In this document: piece by piece, positions 50,014-61,764 of the stretch | How positions within the stretch are numbered: position 1 is the stretch's first letter | Layout of the letters: the number at the start of each line of letters is the position of its first letter | Assembly: GCF_003918875.1 (NCBI RefSeq) | Contig: NW_025767290.1 | Coordinates: forward strand, 1,612,001-1,676,000 | From: Haliotis rubra | Taxonomy: Eukaryota | Length of the DNA stretch: 64,000 nucleotides | Reading direction: 5' to 3' | The notes under the pieces: model-generated | Databases searched by the model: none | The model's input: the letters and a program-made list of their open reading frames with translations, nothing else | Told to the model about the DNA's origin: nothing | Program-made: the position numbers and the translations under genes

Positions 50014-50188
50014 GTGAGTGAGTGAGTGGGTGAGTTTGGTTTTACACTGCTTATAGCAATATTCCAGCAATATCATGGTGGAGGAACACCAGAAATGGGC
50101 TTCACACGTTGTATCCATGTGGGGAATCGAACCTGGATCTTCGGCATGACGAGCAAACGCTTTAACCACAAGGCTACCCCACCGCCCC
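50014..50188 (-). mobile_element. SINE-A, (CTCA)n subfamily, older
   Basis: TSD CAAAAGGGGATTA (50001-50013) and CAATAGGTGATTA (50189-50201). Confidence 0.93.
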
Positions 50189-50366
50189 CAATAGGTGATT
50201 AACCTAGACAGCAGATTGTGTGATATAAAGGACAAAGGTTGTGTAAAAGATGAAGAGTGCAGTGGAAGAGCATCTTATAACAGCGTCTATAAATCTTGCC
50301 TCCCCTGATTCCACTATACATATACAAATCTGTGGGGAAGCCATGACCCCAGGAACTGTTGGAAGA

Positions 50367-50538
50367 CTGACTGACTGACTGAGTTTGGTTTTATGCCGCT
50401 TTTAGCAATATTCCACCAACATCACGGCGGGGGAACACCAGATATGGGCTTCACACATTATACCCATGTGGGGATTCGAACCCGGGTCTTCGGCATGACG
50501 AGCCAACGCTTTAACCACTAGGCTACCCCACCGCCCCC
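50367..50538 (-). mobile_element. SINE-A, (CAGT)n subfamily
   Basis: TSD ACTGTTGGAAGA at 50355-50366 and 50539-50550. Confidence 0.96.
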
Positions 50539-52187
50539 ACTGTTGGAAGATCTGACTAGAGGGATTTATTTCTGAAGCTTGTGGACTTTCTGATTGAATG
50601 CCATTGTATGCCAATTGTGTGGATCGATACTTAGGATGTTGATCACTGGATTGTCTGGTTCAGACTCAATTATACACAGACAGCCAACAAATGATGGAAT
50701 ACTGCAATAATATTAAAACAACAAAGCACTTAAAACATATTAAATTTTAATTCTTACACTGGCAAAGCAGATTAACTGTAGTAATATAAAATTATTTGGT
50801 GTTAATATCTTTTCAGTAGCACATACATAAATCACAGGTTTGTCTGGTCCAGATTCAATTATTTTCTGGCTGCTGCGGTATATCGGGATATTGATGGATT
50901 GTCATAAAACAAACAAACAAACAAACAAACAAAACTGAAAAAAAACAACAACTAAGTTTGTTTTCAGTATAGATTAATTCCAAAAGCTGTTAGTCGCCAA
51001 CAACTGAGTGACTCAATCCACACAAACATGCCGTGTTCTTCATATGTCAAAACGCCCACCCATAAGTGGTTCAGTCAAGTCTGAACACTACAATGTTCAG
51101 TCCAAAGCAAGTGTATCAACAGAACTGGGATTTGTCTCCGTCTGGCTGTCCCTCGGGAGCGGATGTTTATGGCAAGTAATTTACAGTCATGCAGACGGAC
51201 AGTATTTCACGACTCTCAAGCGGGAATAACTGACCACACAGTATTGATCTTCGAGCTCTTGTTTCTTTTTTTCTTCATTATCAGAGAGGTGTTCTGTTTC
51301 TGGTGCCAACATAGCACCAAGTGATTGAGTTGAGTTCAACTGGCAGAAGAGATTCAGACCTCACCTTGTTCCTCAGAATAAACTAGTCCGAGCTGTTTCC
51401 TTGTCATAATATGTAGAATAATATTTATTTTTGATGTGGATGAAAAAATGTTATGCTTTGCTGCCCTAATCCATATTTTTACATACTTAAATATGCGCAA
51501 ATATTATCTTCGATTCTCACCATATAACCCTGATGTACCAAGGATGAACAAAGCATCCATGACAGTCTGGACAAGTGTACCGGCAATAGTTATATTAGCA
51601 ACAGCTTGTGTATTGTGCGAGTAGTTTTAATTTAAATATGTTTTTAGTAAATATCTAACAGTGCAGATGCGTGTAGGAATTGTTGTTTAGTAGCCCATGC
51701 TTATTGTAAGAGGCGACTAACAGCAACAGGTGGTCAGGCTGACCTGTTTATTGCATGTCATCATATTTCGAGTCCAGTTCCATGGTCATAATGATCATAA
51801 TCCCAATCACTGGAGTGTCTGGTCCAGACACATTTTAATGAAAGATTGCCATCATACAGCAGGAATATTGATGAGGCCTTAAAAGATAAACAAAAAAACA
51901 AACAATATCATCAGAGGTAGTCAGTCAGCAAGTCTGAGAAATTATTGAGGGAAAACATAATGTCCTCTGGATTTGAAAGTTTACTGTTTTGGTGAAATCC
52001 ATTAGTTGCAGAGCTAATACGCCAAGACATTTGCAACTTAGATGGCTGGGACCCCTGCTCCCACTTACCTTGAAACCTTTAACAAAGCTTATGACACAAT
52101 ACAATCCAAAAAAACATGACATTAGCAGCCAAATGAGAAGAAAATCGTTACAGTTTTTAATGAGATGTGTAATTTAAAGACCCTTTA

Positions 52188-52715
52188 CAGTCGTGCCCCG
52201 TTTATCCGAACCTCAGATACCTGGAAAACTCGCCTTCCAAACGAAAACTCATTAAAACGAATTCACAACGTTGTAAAACTACTCACTTAACCCGGAAATC
52301 CGGTTTCCTTAACCGGACGGTCATTTTCACATACCAAATGCTAAATCATATGCATTTTTTTCTCGTATATCCGGATGGCTGAGCACCTGTCAGTATGTTT
52401 ACACGCGCATTTTACCAAAAAGCCTGTAGAAAAAACTTTGACACATTTCTTCAAGCGAACATAACTGCATGTACAGGTATGTTCTCACGTGTACATGTAT
52501 ACATATTGACTTGACTGTATTTGACAAGATCTGATTTTATGTATGTATTTGTTATTTGTTGATCAATCAATCAATACAGAATACGTCTGAGGCTTATTAT
52601 GTTCGTTTGTTTGTCTGTCTTTTTCCATATGGTCCTCGGTTCAGATATCCGAAAATTCGTTTATCCGAACAATTTCAAGAAAAACACAAGTGTTCGGATA
52701 AACAGGGCACGACTA
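52188..52715. mobile_element. pogo/Tigger-like MITE related to the 2847-3656 element
   Basis: TIR CAGTCGTGCCCCGTTTATCCGAAC / GTTCGGATAAACAGGGCACGACTA with TA flanks. Subterminal blocks CTCAGATA..TGGAA..CTCGCCT and CCGGAAAT.CGGTTTCC..AACCGGACGG are shared with 2870-2980. Confidence 0.9.
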
Positions 52716-55477
52716 TATAATGGCACATGGGAATATAAGATAAAAGGTGATCATGGGTATATATTTATGAAGATATAGATATCATCTAAAATATTTATAG
52801 TACTTTCTATCAGTTCTCTGTCTTAATGATGAACCTCTTCAGCAAGTGTGGTGGAAGAATTAATACTGCTACAATAACATAAACATGTGAAAATTATGAT
52901 GATGGACTTTTGATGCCTTCATCCTGGCATAATCGTTTCTTTGTGAGTATAACGGTAACGATTATTTCTCCACTGTATAGTAAAAGCATCACCAAGTAAG
53001 ACTCAGAATGCAATCACTGGCTTCAGGGGATTTGCTTTCAATCCATCCAGCACTCTTTCCTCATTTCACAACTCGCAACACATCCTTCGGAACAACACCA
53101 GATCGGTGCAATTTATTTCATTTTCTTTGAAAGGAAATTGCACTGAACAACCATTTTCACTGAAGCCCGACAGAAGAATTTCAAAGTTATCACAGTTTCT
53201 GCTTCCACCGATAACCCTACAAGTCGAAATCTTGTTCCAAATTCTTGCAGAGACTGGTAGACCCTATAGTGCTGGCTTTATGTTGGTTACCCTCCATTTT
53301 GCCCTGATACCTGCCAGAGAATTGTGTACTCATGTCAATTCCTTCATTTAAACTCCTAATTTCTCTGCACTGTTTTCATTTAGCGTGTCTGACCCCATAC
53401 CATGATCAGCCTCCATTCCTGTTTTCATCCAGCAGAGAACACTAAAATGGATATTGCCATTGGCAAATTGTGACTGAAAATATAGCCCCTAAAGTGAGGG
53501 ATAATTGCCTCTCAACTGATATTCTATCATATAATACATTAGTCAGCCATTAGACTCCCACTGCCTGCACAGCCTAGTAATGATGGGTCAAACACCATCA
53601 GCAGACGACCAAAAGCAGACGTCAAGGAGCAGACGCTACTTGGTACTAATTTGAACCAATCTCGAAATAACCCAAACCTCTTCACCTGCTGTTTATTAAA
53701 CATGCTATGAAATCATTTTGAGAGAGCCTGTCCATGAGTGTCTAGATTTGGTTCACTGGTATGTGATTTTTGCATAGGAAGACATCAGCAAAGAAACAAA
53801 TCAATACCCATGCAATATATGTTGTGGACGTGTTGGTCCGGAGCAGACGGGCAAGAACTGCTGTAATTGATTCTGAGAGAAAGGAAGGAAGCTATATTAA
53901 CGGCTTTTCTGCTCTTGAAAGCTTACATTTACTGCATTTGGTCAGGTCTAGGAAGGAATCCGTTTCCACCACAATACTGAAGGAATTCCTCAGAACTTTT
54001 TGCCCATGTTTTTATCTGCCAAATGGAGTTTGGGTATCTATTGCATGGTTGAATTTCACCTGTAAAACTAATTGAAACACATGACACACAGCAAGTGAAA
54101 TGTTTTCTATTACACCGATAATGTCTTCTCAGTCGCCATCTTCCAGAGTCTCTGAAGTGCAACACAAGCCCATGTGAAGGCCAGATTGGATGTCCATCAG
54201 AAGTATCTTGTTACAATTAAAGCCTGACATTCAGTTTGTCTCTCCAAAGCCTCAGCCCGATGCCACCAACAGTTAGATGATCCTTAACTTGAAATGTATC
54301 AAATCCCAAGTTGAAGGTCATAGCAAGGTCATGGGATTCTGAATTGTTCTGGGATGACGTCATAAGATCCAGGCATACTCTCTGCTTTGATCTGTTCAGC
54401 AGGAAGTATGGAATACAGAGAAATGATGGAGGTAATGACCAGACATTTGAGCCTTAAACCCTAATTGCCCTACAATCCTATTTCCTAGATGCTCCACTGC
54501 TGCAGCATTTTGCTTTGCCTTGATGAAAGCTATCGCGACAGTGACATGTGATAATTATGACAGATAAGTCTCTTCTTTTGAATCCATTTCTTGCAAGTCT
54601 TGTATGATCTTGACAATGGTTCATTTTGATTGCAGATCAAGTTTGAAACAGACAATAGCCGTGATAATCTTGTGCCCCTTAAATTTAATTACTTTTATAT
54701 TGATTCAAGTGCTACATGTATGGATCTCTCATTATAAGAACACTCTAAAGGTAAGGTTAAACTGTCAAGGATCTAAGGTTTTAATATTTCTGGAAAGCCC
54801 AGACAGGCGGTGGGAAATATTAAAACTATAATCAACTCGGCTATAAAGTTATTGATCTTCACACAAACTGTATTTTTTCTTAAACGAAAGATTCCATACT
54901 TAATGACAAAAAGGACATGATGACATTATTCAAAACGTCTTTGAAGCTGATTTACAGGCTGACTGAAGAGCAGTGAGTGAGCTAAGTTTAACTATGCTTT
55001 GATCCGTTTTTCCGGGATATTAGGGCAAGTTAGCTTAATGTTGAAGGTTGAAGACTGTTTTCCATCTCGGTGAAACCCATAGAGTTGGATCTATAAAATA
55101 ACAATCGTGACTGCAGTAACTGGGATTCAAACCAATGGCCTTTGGTTCCTGGTGCTGTTAAGGGAGGCAACTCTGCAATGCATAGTACATGTAAAACAGG
55201 AAGACATGAGGCATTTTTGCATTGTATATACAGTTCTCTTTGCACCTTCTTAAAACTCATGAGAAGTGTCAAGAATTAAGAGAGTAATATTTCAGAATGT
55301 GTAACAAATATAAAGTAAATAACACAAATGAATTTTTAAAAAGCAGCTATGCTTGTGGTGTAAACGTGAAAACATAAATTAATTTGATTCAAGTTTGAGA
55401 CTGAACCTGAAACAATCAGGATAAGCTTACGCAAGAGTGCTGAGTTTGGTCTAATGATTCTTGGAATAGTATTTCTG

Positions 55478-55680
55478 CTACCTATGATGATACGGGTACG
55501 AAATGGTCTTCAGCAACTCATGCTTGTCATAAGAGATGACGAACAGGATCTTGTGGTCAGGCTCGCTGACTTGGTTGATGTACACCACTGATCGTAGTTG
55601 TGCTGATTGATGCTCAAGTGAATCACGTGATTGTCTGTCCAGATTTCCTGTTATAAAGCTGGAAAATTGCTGAAAGCAAA
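55478..55680 (+). mobile_element. SINE-B, diverged
   Basis: GGTCTTCAGCAACTCATGCTTGTCATAAGAG...GTGGTCAGGCTCGCTGACTTGGTTGA...GCTGGAAAATTGCTGA. Confidence 0.8.
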
Positions 55681-56472
55681 AGTATTTCTGATACATCATG
55701 GCGTGTCAGCCAACTGGGAGGAATGCCTGATGTGATGCCGGGATTATAGGTACATCACACCAACATGGTGCTGACAAACCTAGAAACAGGGTCACGTGGG
55801 ACTCAAACCCATGACCATAAGATCCTGAACATCAAGGGAAGCAACTCTGCAAAGCATATAACTGCCCTGATATGACTGGCCTTTAGTGGAAAGAGATCTC
55901 CTTCATCAAATACACAGCATATGCAAGTGAAAACGTCTGCAGCAGAACATGCTTGTCACACAGGAACATAAACAGTGATCTTGTGAGTGGATATGACTGA
56001 AACACAGAGATCATGTTCAACTATGAATTGATATGTCGTGTAGTCACCATCAAATCCTATTGATCCCTGATGCCTTTCTCCATCAGTGGGCTGCCTGCAC
56101 CCTAGATGATAACGTGTAACACAGGTTGTGTCGACATTGCTGTATGACTGCTGACATTCTGTCTCTGTGAAGTCGGATCCTGCCGGAATACCCTAGACGC
56201 CTGAACTGGATAGCTCTCTGACTTATATCTGATAACTGGAGACTATCTCCACCAGCTGGGACTATTTCAACATGCATGAATCAATGATGTAAGAAGATGA
56301 GGATGCAAATGTTTCGGTGTAAGACTTCCATGTGTTGGAGGACCTGTACAGGGCAGTGAGTGCATGACACACTCGGAAAATATATCTCTCACACAGACAT
56401 CCAAACAAATATCCAAACAATCAAAGTCTTAAATACATTTGTACTTGTATAAAGTCTTCCTATTGTATATAT

Positions 56473-56822
56473 GACCGCCTCCGTGGTGTAGTGGTTAGAG
56501 CGTCCGCCCAGAGAGCGGAAGGTCGCGGGTTCGATCCCCGACCGCGTCATACCAAAAGACGTTAAAATATGGTACTTGTTGGTCCCTGCCTGACGCTCGG
56601 TGTTAATGGGTACAACAAGGACTGGTCGGCTTGGAGTCAGTATAATGTGTCTCAGTGGGGTATTCATGCTTCACTGCGGCAGGGTATCTCATTGGGCTAG
56701 CACTATAAAAGCAGCTTACGTCTGGGCTAGTACAAGCAGCCGCACATACACATACACACGCATGCACATCGTCATATGAGCGAAATATTCTCAAGCACGA
56801 CGTTAAACCCAATTTCACCTCA
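56473..56822 (+). mobile_element. SINE-C, second copy
   Basis: Colinear with 43878-44237. TSD CCTATTGTATATA at 56459-56471 and 56823-56835. Confidence 0.92.
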
Positions 56823-58310
56823 CCTATTGTATATAACAAGACGGTTAAAAAGAAATCTGTAAAATACCTTAATTTTAGTGTTATTATTCATATTAACACT
56901 AAAATTAAGGTAGTTTACAATATGTCTAAAATGCTTTTGTCTATTTAATAAAAATCCAGGCCCTGAAAATATGGTAATTATCACACAGGTAAGCATCATG
57001 CACTCAAAATCCATTTTCAGCTCCCTGAGGAGAATACAGCCAAGGCTGCCTTTTTTATTTTAAAATGTTTTAAATTCAAGTGCTTTAAGGTGCTGGGTGA
57101 ACACAGGCAAATTACGAACAAAGTAACTTGTCTGAGTCGATGCTGCACATTGTATAACGGGTGTTTTGGTATGGACAGGGTTTGGGGGTTGGGTTTGGGG
57201 AGTTGGGGGGATAATATATGTGGGTGTGGGTGTGGGGAACAGGTCAGAAGGGCCACATGACAAAAGGGCCCCAAAATGGAAAAGTCAAAAGGGCCATGAG
57301 AAAATAAAAAGGGCTGCCAGAAGGGCTGCAAACCCCTGGTCAAAAGGACAGCATCAAAAAGGCAAAAGGACGTCTCAAACCCCCAGGGTCTCAAACCCCC
57401 AGGGCCCAATATAAAAAATAAATAACAACATTGTTTCTTAAAAGTGTATTATAGTAAAATGTACACATCAATACAATGTATACTATATACTGGGTGTTCA
57501 AGGCACTGGAACTCCTTTCTTCCAACGTAAGGCATAATTCACTTGAATTTCACCAATCTGACACGTCATATCAAAACATATATTTAAAAGCCTTAAGCCT
57601 ACAAAGAATAGAGATTTAAATGTCAAAACAAAAACATAAATCAAATGACACACTGAACTTTGAGTGTGTTTCTTATTAGAAATGAAATATCAGTTAAATA
57701 CAACTCAAAATCTACAGTTCCAAAAGACCATTTTGCAATGCTAAAACCAACCAAAATCAAACAGATATTAGCAAAAGTCTCTGAGCACAAATCCACATTT
57801 CCATAGGCTGCAAAGAATAAATGCTTGAAAGTTTTGACTGAAGTCCAGCTTCTCCGAGTTATAAATACAATTTGTATGGAAAATAATTTAGTGTAGATAC
57901 ATAAAAATCTCTCCAAGACAACTCCTGGAATTGTTCCAATAGCTTAAAGGTCTTTATCAGTCTGGCATAGCAATATAAGCCTGTGTTCCACACACCAGTA
58001 TGATGTGCCTATCTCAAAAACGTGTAAAAGTCTCAAGAATTTATACTGCATTTACTGACCTTCAGACACTTGAAATCCAAGGTCACAAACAACCGACTTC
58101 AAGAACAAATGAATTTCACCCAATTCTCCCTGCCTTTCGAGTGCCTAACAACGGTACTGCCAACCTTTATATAAGCAAGTGAGGAACCTATCACTTAACT
58201 GAGTCAAAAATACATAATTTAAAGAAACCAGTAATATTCCCAATAGAATGACAAAGTGTAGACTGTTTTACAAAATACGTCTTTAACACTGCATTGCCAA
58301 AATACATCAG

Positions 58311-58592
58311 GCCCCGATTTCTCGAAACAAACTTAAGTCTGAGTTTTGACTTAAGTCAGAGTTTTTACTCAAATTTGAGAAAACACAGGAAAATGCATTT
58401 CCCAGAATAAACTGAAATCAATATTAAACTCAAACTTAATAGACAATTTGACTTTGGTGGATATATTACTTAAGTTGTTTGGGAATGTTTTATTTTTAAA
58501 ATGCAGTCGAGTTAAAAATTCAGCTGTTTCAAATTGTCAAACTCAGTTTGAAATTTGAGTAAAAACTTAAGTCTGTTTCGAGAAATCAGTGC
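58311..58592. mobile_element. Harbinger/PIF-like MITE
   Basis: TIR GCCCCGATTTCTCGAAACAAACTTAAGT vs revcomp GCACTGATTTCTCGAAACAGACTTAAGT. 3-bp TSD CAG at 58308-58310 and 58593-58595. Confidence 0.82.
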
Positions 58593-58934
58593 CAGACCTG
58601 TGAACATGACACGATCATTGGTTGTAATTAATTTCTTATACCATGCTATACATAGAAAATAGTATTATATTTTCCCTCCACTGGCTTCCGCATCAACTTA
58701 TTATCTATGATTTTGAAATCATGATTCTTCTTCTTGATTCCACAGCAAAAACCAGGACAAAATTAATAACTTGACAAAATTGCTGGCAGTATTTTTTACT
58801 AAAATTTGAAATGAATTTATCTTTATGAGATTTTAAAAATATAATGATTTTGCAAAAATGTGTGTGTGTGTGTACTGTAGGTGTGTATGTGCTGGGGGTG
58901 GGGGAGTGTTGGGTGGCAGATGGGGGGGTTGTGG

Positions 58935-59109
58935 TTGCTTGTATCAAACTGGCCATTCTTATAATGCAAGCTCACAGCGAGTGAGTGAGTGAGTGAGTGA
59001 GTGAGTGTCAAAGCTATGGCTGCTTGTATCAAACTGGCCATTCTTATAATGCAAGCTCAGAGTGAGTGAGTGAGTGAGTGAGTGAGTGAGTGTCCAAGCT
59101 ACGGCTGCT
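58935..59109. repeat. ~86-bp tandem duplication containing (GAGT)n
   Basis: TGCTTGTATCAAACTGGCCATTCTTATAATGCAAGCTCA..(GAGT)n..AAGCTA.GGCTGCT occurs twice. Confidence 0.9.
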
Positions 59110-59757
59110 GGTAAAGTCAAGATAGATATGATGATGGAACTACATGAAGGCGGGTTATTGACCACCATGGCAAAAAGGAGAAAATGCTTTCTAATATAAG
59201 AAATAAGGCAATAGAAAAATCATAGACTCCAGCAATCTCAGCATTAAAACATTACCATTTATGACAGGTGATTCAATACTGATGAAATAAGTCTCAAGGC
59301 GATTGCACGATGGCCTGGAAGATTCATACAATATTCATTGCCAGGGTTTTTCATGTAAGTCAGCCAGCGCAAAAGTACATCACATGACAAATTTAGGAGG
59401 ATCTAGGTGAGAATCAACGCTCCACTGTGAATTGCAAGTTCCGAAATGTCACGAGCAAATTTGACCCAGAGACTCAAATGTTTATCATATCATATAAGCG
59501 TTCATACTGACTTTCTATAATTATAAGCTTGGATCTTGGACTGGAGGTCAGAGAGCTTGTGGAACAGAGGCAGACCAGCAGAAGGGTCTAGTTGGTTTGC
59601 AGATTGGTTTGTTAGTTTTAACAAAAGATGCCCTTGTTATTTTAATGTCATGTGACAAGAGTCACTGTTACAATTTTTATAGTGATTTATGATGACACAG
59701 CTCAGTCAAGAGTAGCAAAGGCGCTGTTACATACAGTGATCATAGCATTCTGACTGT

Positions 59758-59975
59758 TGTATTATTTATTTATTTATTTATTTATTATTGGATATTTATA
59801 TAGCGCACATATCCACGCACTAGTGCATGCTCAAGGCGCTGGTAGTTTTTCCCTCGATCATTGGATATCAATCTCAACAGCACATCTTATTATCAATCTC
59901 AACTCCCTGGGGAGCATACAACTCTTGCAGCCAGTAGGCGCACCGAGTTATTGCGGCTTTCCCATCCGTACGAGG
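59758..59975 (-). mobile_element. 3' part of an L2-tailed SINE
   Basis: - strand: GTATGCTCCCCAGGGAGTTGAG...AGCGCCTTGAGCATG...GTGCGCTATATAAAT...(AAAT)n. Same tail style as 24520-24750. Confidence 0.6.
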
Positions 59976-59995
59976 TAAGTGTGCATTACAGTATG

Positions 59996-60170
59996 GTGAG
60001 TGAGTGAGTGAATTTAAGTTATTTTATTGCTGTTATTAGCAATATTCCAGCAATATCATGGAGGGGGACACCAGAAATGGGCTTCACACATTGTACCCAT
60101 GTGGGGATTCGAACCCCGGTCTTCAGTGTGACGAGCGAACGTTTTAACCACTAGGCTACTCCATCGCCCC
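59996..60170 (-). mobile_element. SINE-A, (CTCA)n subfamily
   Basis: Full core and head. TSD degenerate (TTACAGTATGG / TTACTGCATGG). Confidence 0.92.
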
Positions 60171-60174
60171 TGTT

Positions 60175-60745
60175 ACTGCATGGGAGCAATGATTGTCTTA
60201 GCTAAGACTGTCACAGGTCTCTGTTACATTGGAGCTAACAGTGTCCAGACTGCAAGTCTCTGTTACATTGACCTTCTTAGCTTAAGACTGTCACAGGGTT
60301 CAAAGATTGTCTTAGCTAATACTGTCATCTGTTCAAGAGAATTACGACCTTCTTAGCTAAGATCACAAGTCTCTGTTCAAAGAATTCTCTTCTTTCTAAG
60401 ATAGTCAAGGTCTCTGTTCAAGAGAATTACGACCTTAGCTAAGACTGTCACAAGTCTCTGTTCAAGCAATGGAGTTACGACCTTCTTAGCGCTAAGATAG
60501 TCACAAGTCTCTGTTCAAGCAATGGAGTTATAACAATGTGTTGTTAAGACTGTCACAAGTCTCTGTTCAAGCATTGGAATTACGACCTTCTTAGCGCTAA
60601 GATAGTCACAAGTCTCTGTTCAAGCAATGGAGTTATAACAATGTGTTGTTAAGACTGTCACAAGTCTCTGTTCAAGCATTGGAATTACGACCTTCTTAGC
60701 GCTAAGATAGTCACAAGTCTCTGTTCAAGCAATGGAGTTACGACT
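60175..60745. repeat. Tandem repeat of ~52-bp subunits forming ~105-bp dimers, with CTTAGCGCTAAG palindromes; left part scrambled
   Basis: GTCACAAGTCTCTGTTCAAGCA recurs. TTACGACCTTCTTAGCGCTAAGATAG at ~60475, 60580 and 60685. Confidence 0.85.
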
Positions 60746-60911
60746 GTCTAAGGGTTTAGACATCTGTTAGTTCATATTAAACAATGGGAGTGATGATTAC
60801 TTGAGTTCTGTGATTACTTTCTAAAACAGGACCTAGGAAAAGAAATTGTGAACATCAGACGAATGCCTGTGCAAGGTCACTGCATCACAAACACATCCTC
60901 CTGTCTTGGAG

Positions 60912-60991
60912 AAGCCCATTTCTGGTGTCCCCTGCTGTGATGTTGCTGGAATATTGCTAAAAGCGGCGTAAAACCAAACTCAGTCAGTCAG
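60912..60991 (+). mobile_element. 5'-truncated SINE-A with a clean TSD
   Basis: Only the 3' 80 bp are present. TSD TCCTGTCTTGGAG at 60899-60911 and 60992-61004. Confidence 0.95.
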
Positions 60992-61550
60992 TCCTGTCTT
61001 GGAGGGAGTTACTTTGATGTGTTTCAATGCAGTCTGCATCCGAAGCAGCTAGTTAACCAGTTTGAACTATCTATTATTGATGTCCCTGTATAGATATTAG
61101 TCTGAGCATGTATACACCTTCATCAGCTTTGTTTAATAAACCATAACAGCCTGTCTGAAGTCATGTTGTGTCAGGAATACAAAAAGAGTTCAAATGGGGA
61201 CAGAGCCTGTGCGAAAAAGCGGTTCATGAAAGTTACATTCAAGTCCTTAAAATATGTTTTGCTAGCTGCCAATTCCACCTCCAGCAAAAGATGAACCAAA
61301 CTGGTACATACTGAATAGTGGTGTTATGACTACTTGAAATAATCAAGGATTGGTTGCAGTGACCAATTGCTAATGACCAAGCAATCAAACACATTTATAA
61401 TCCAACACAACCAACTTTGGAACTACTGTTTCAGTGTTTGAAACATTTGACGATGGAACGTATCTTAGAAGTTGTCAGGGCCTGAAAACATGTTTAATTC
61501 TTAGAAAACTCACTTCACTTACTGAAAAGTCATGATTGAATATTTCTTGA

Positions 61551-61764
61551 GTGAGTATGGTTTTACGCCACTTTTAGCAATATTCCAGCAGTATCACGGT
61601 GGGGGACACCAGAAATGGGCTTCACACATTGTTCCCATGTGGGGAATCGAACCCGGGTCTTCAGCGTGACGAGCGAATGCTTTAATCACTAGGCTACCCC
61701 ACCGTCCCCAAAAGGGGATTAACATAAACAGCAGACCTAGACCACTAGGCTTCCCCAATGCCCC
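61551..61764 (-). mobile_element. Chimeric SINE-A with two heads separated by ~32 bp of foreign sequence
   Basis: TSD GAATATTTCTTGA at 61538-61550 and 61765-61777 encloses a full SINE (61551-61708), an insert (61709-61740) and a second head (61741-61764). Confidence 0.9.

Noticed and set aside
57178-57240. G-quadruplex-capable tract
   Set aside because: Low-complexity G/T run with no contextual evidence of function.
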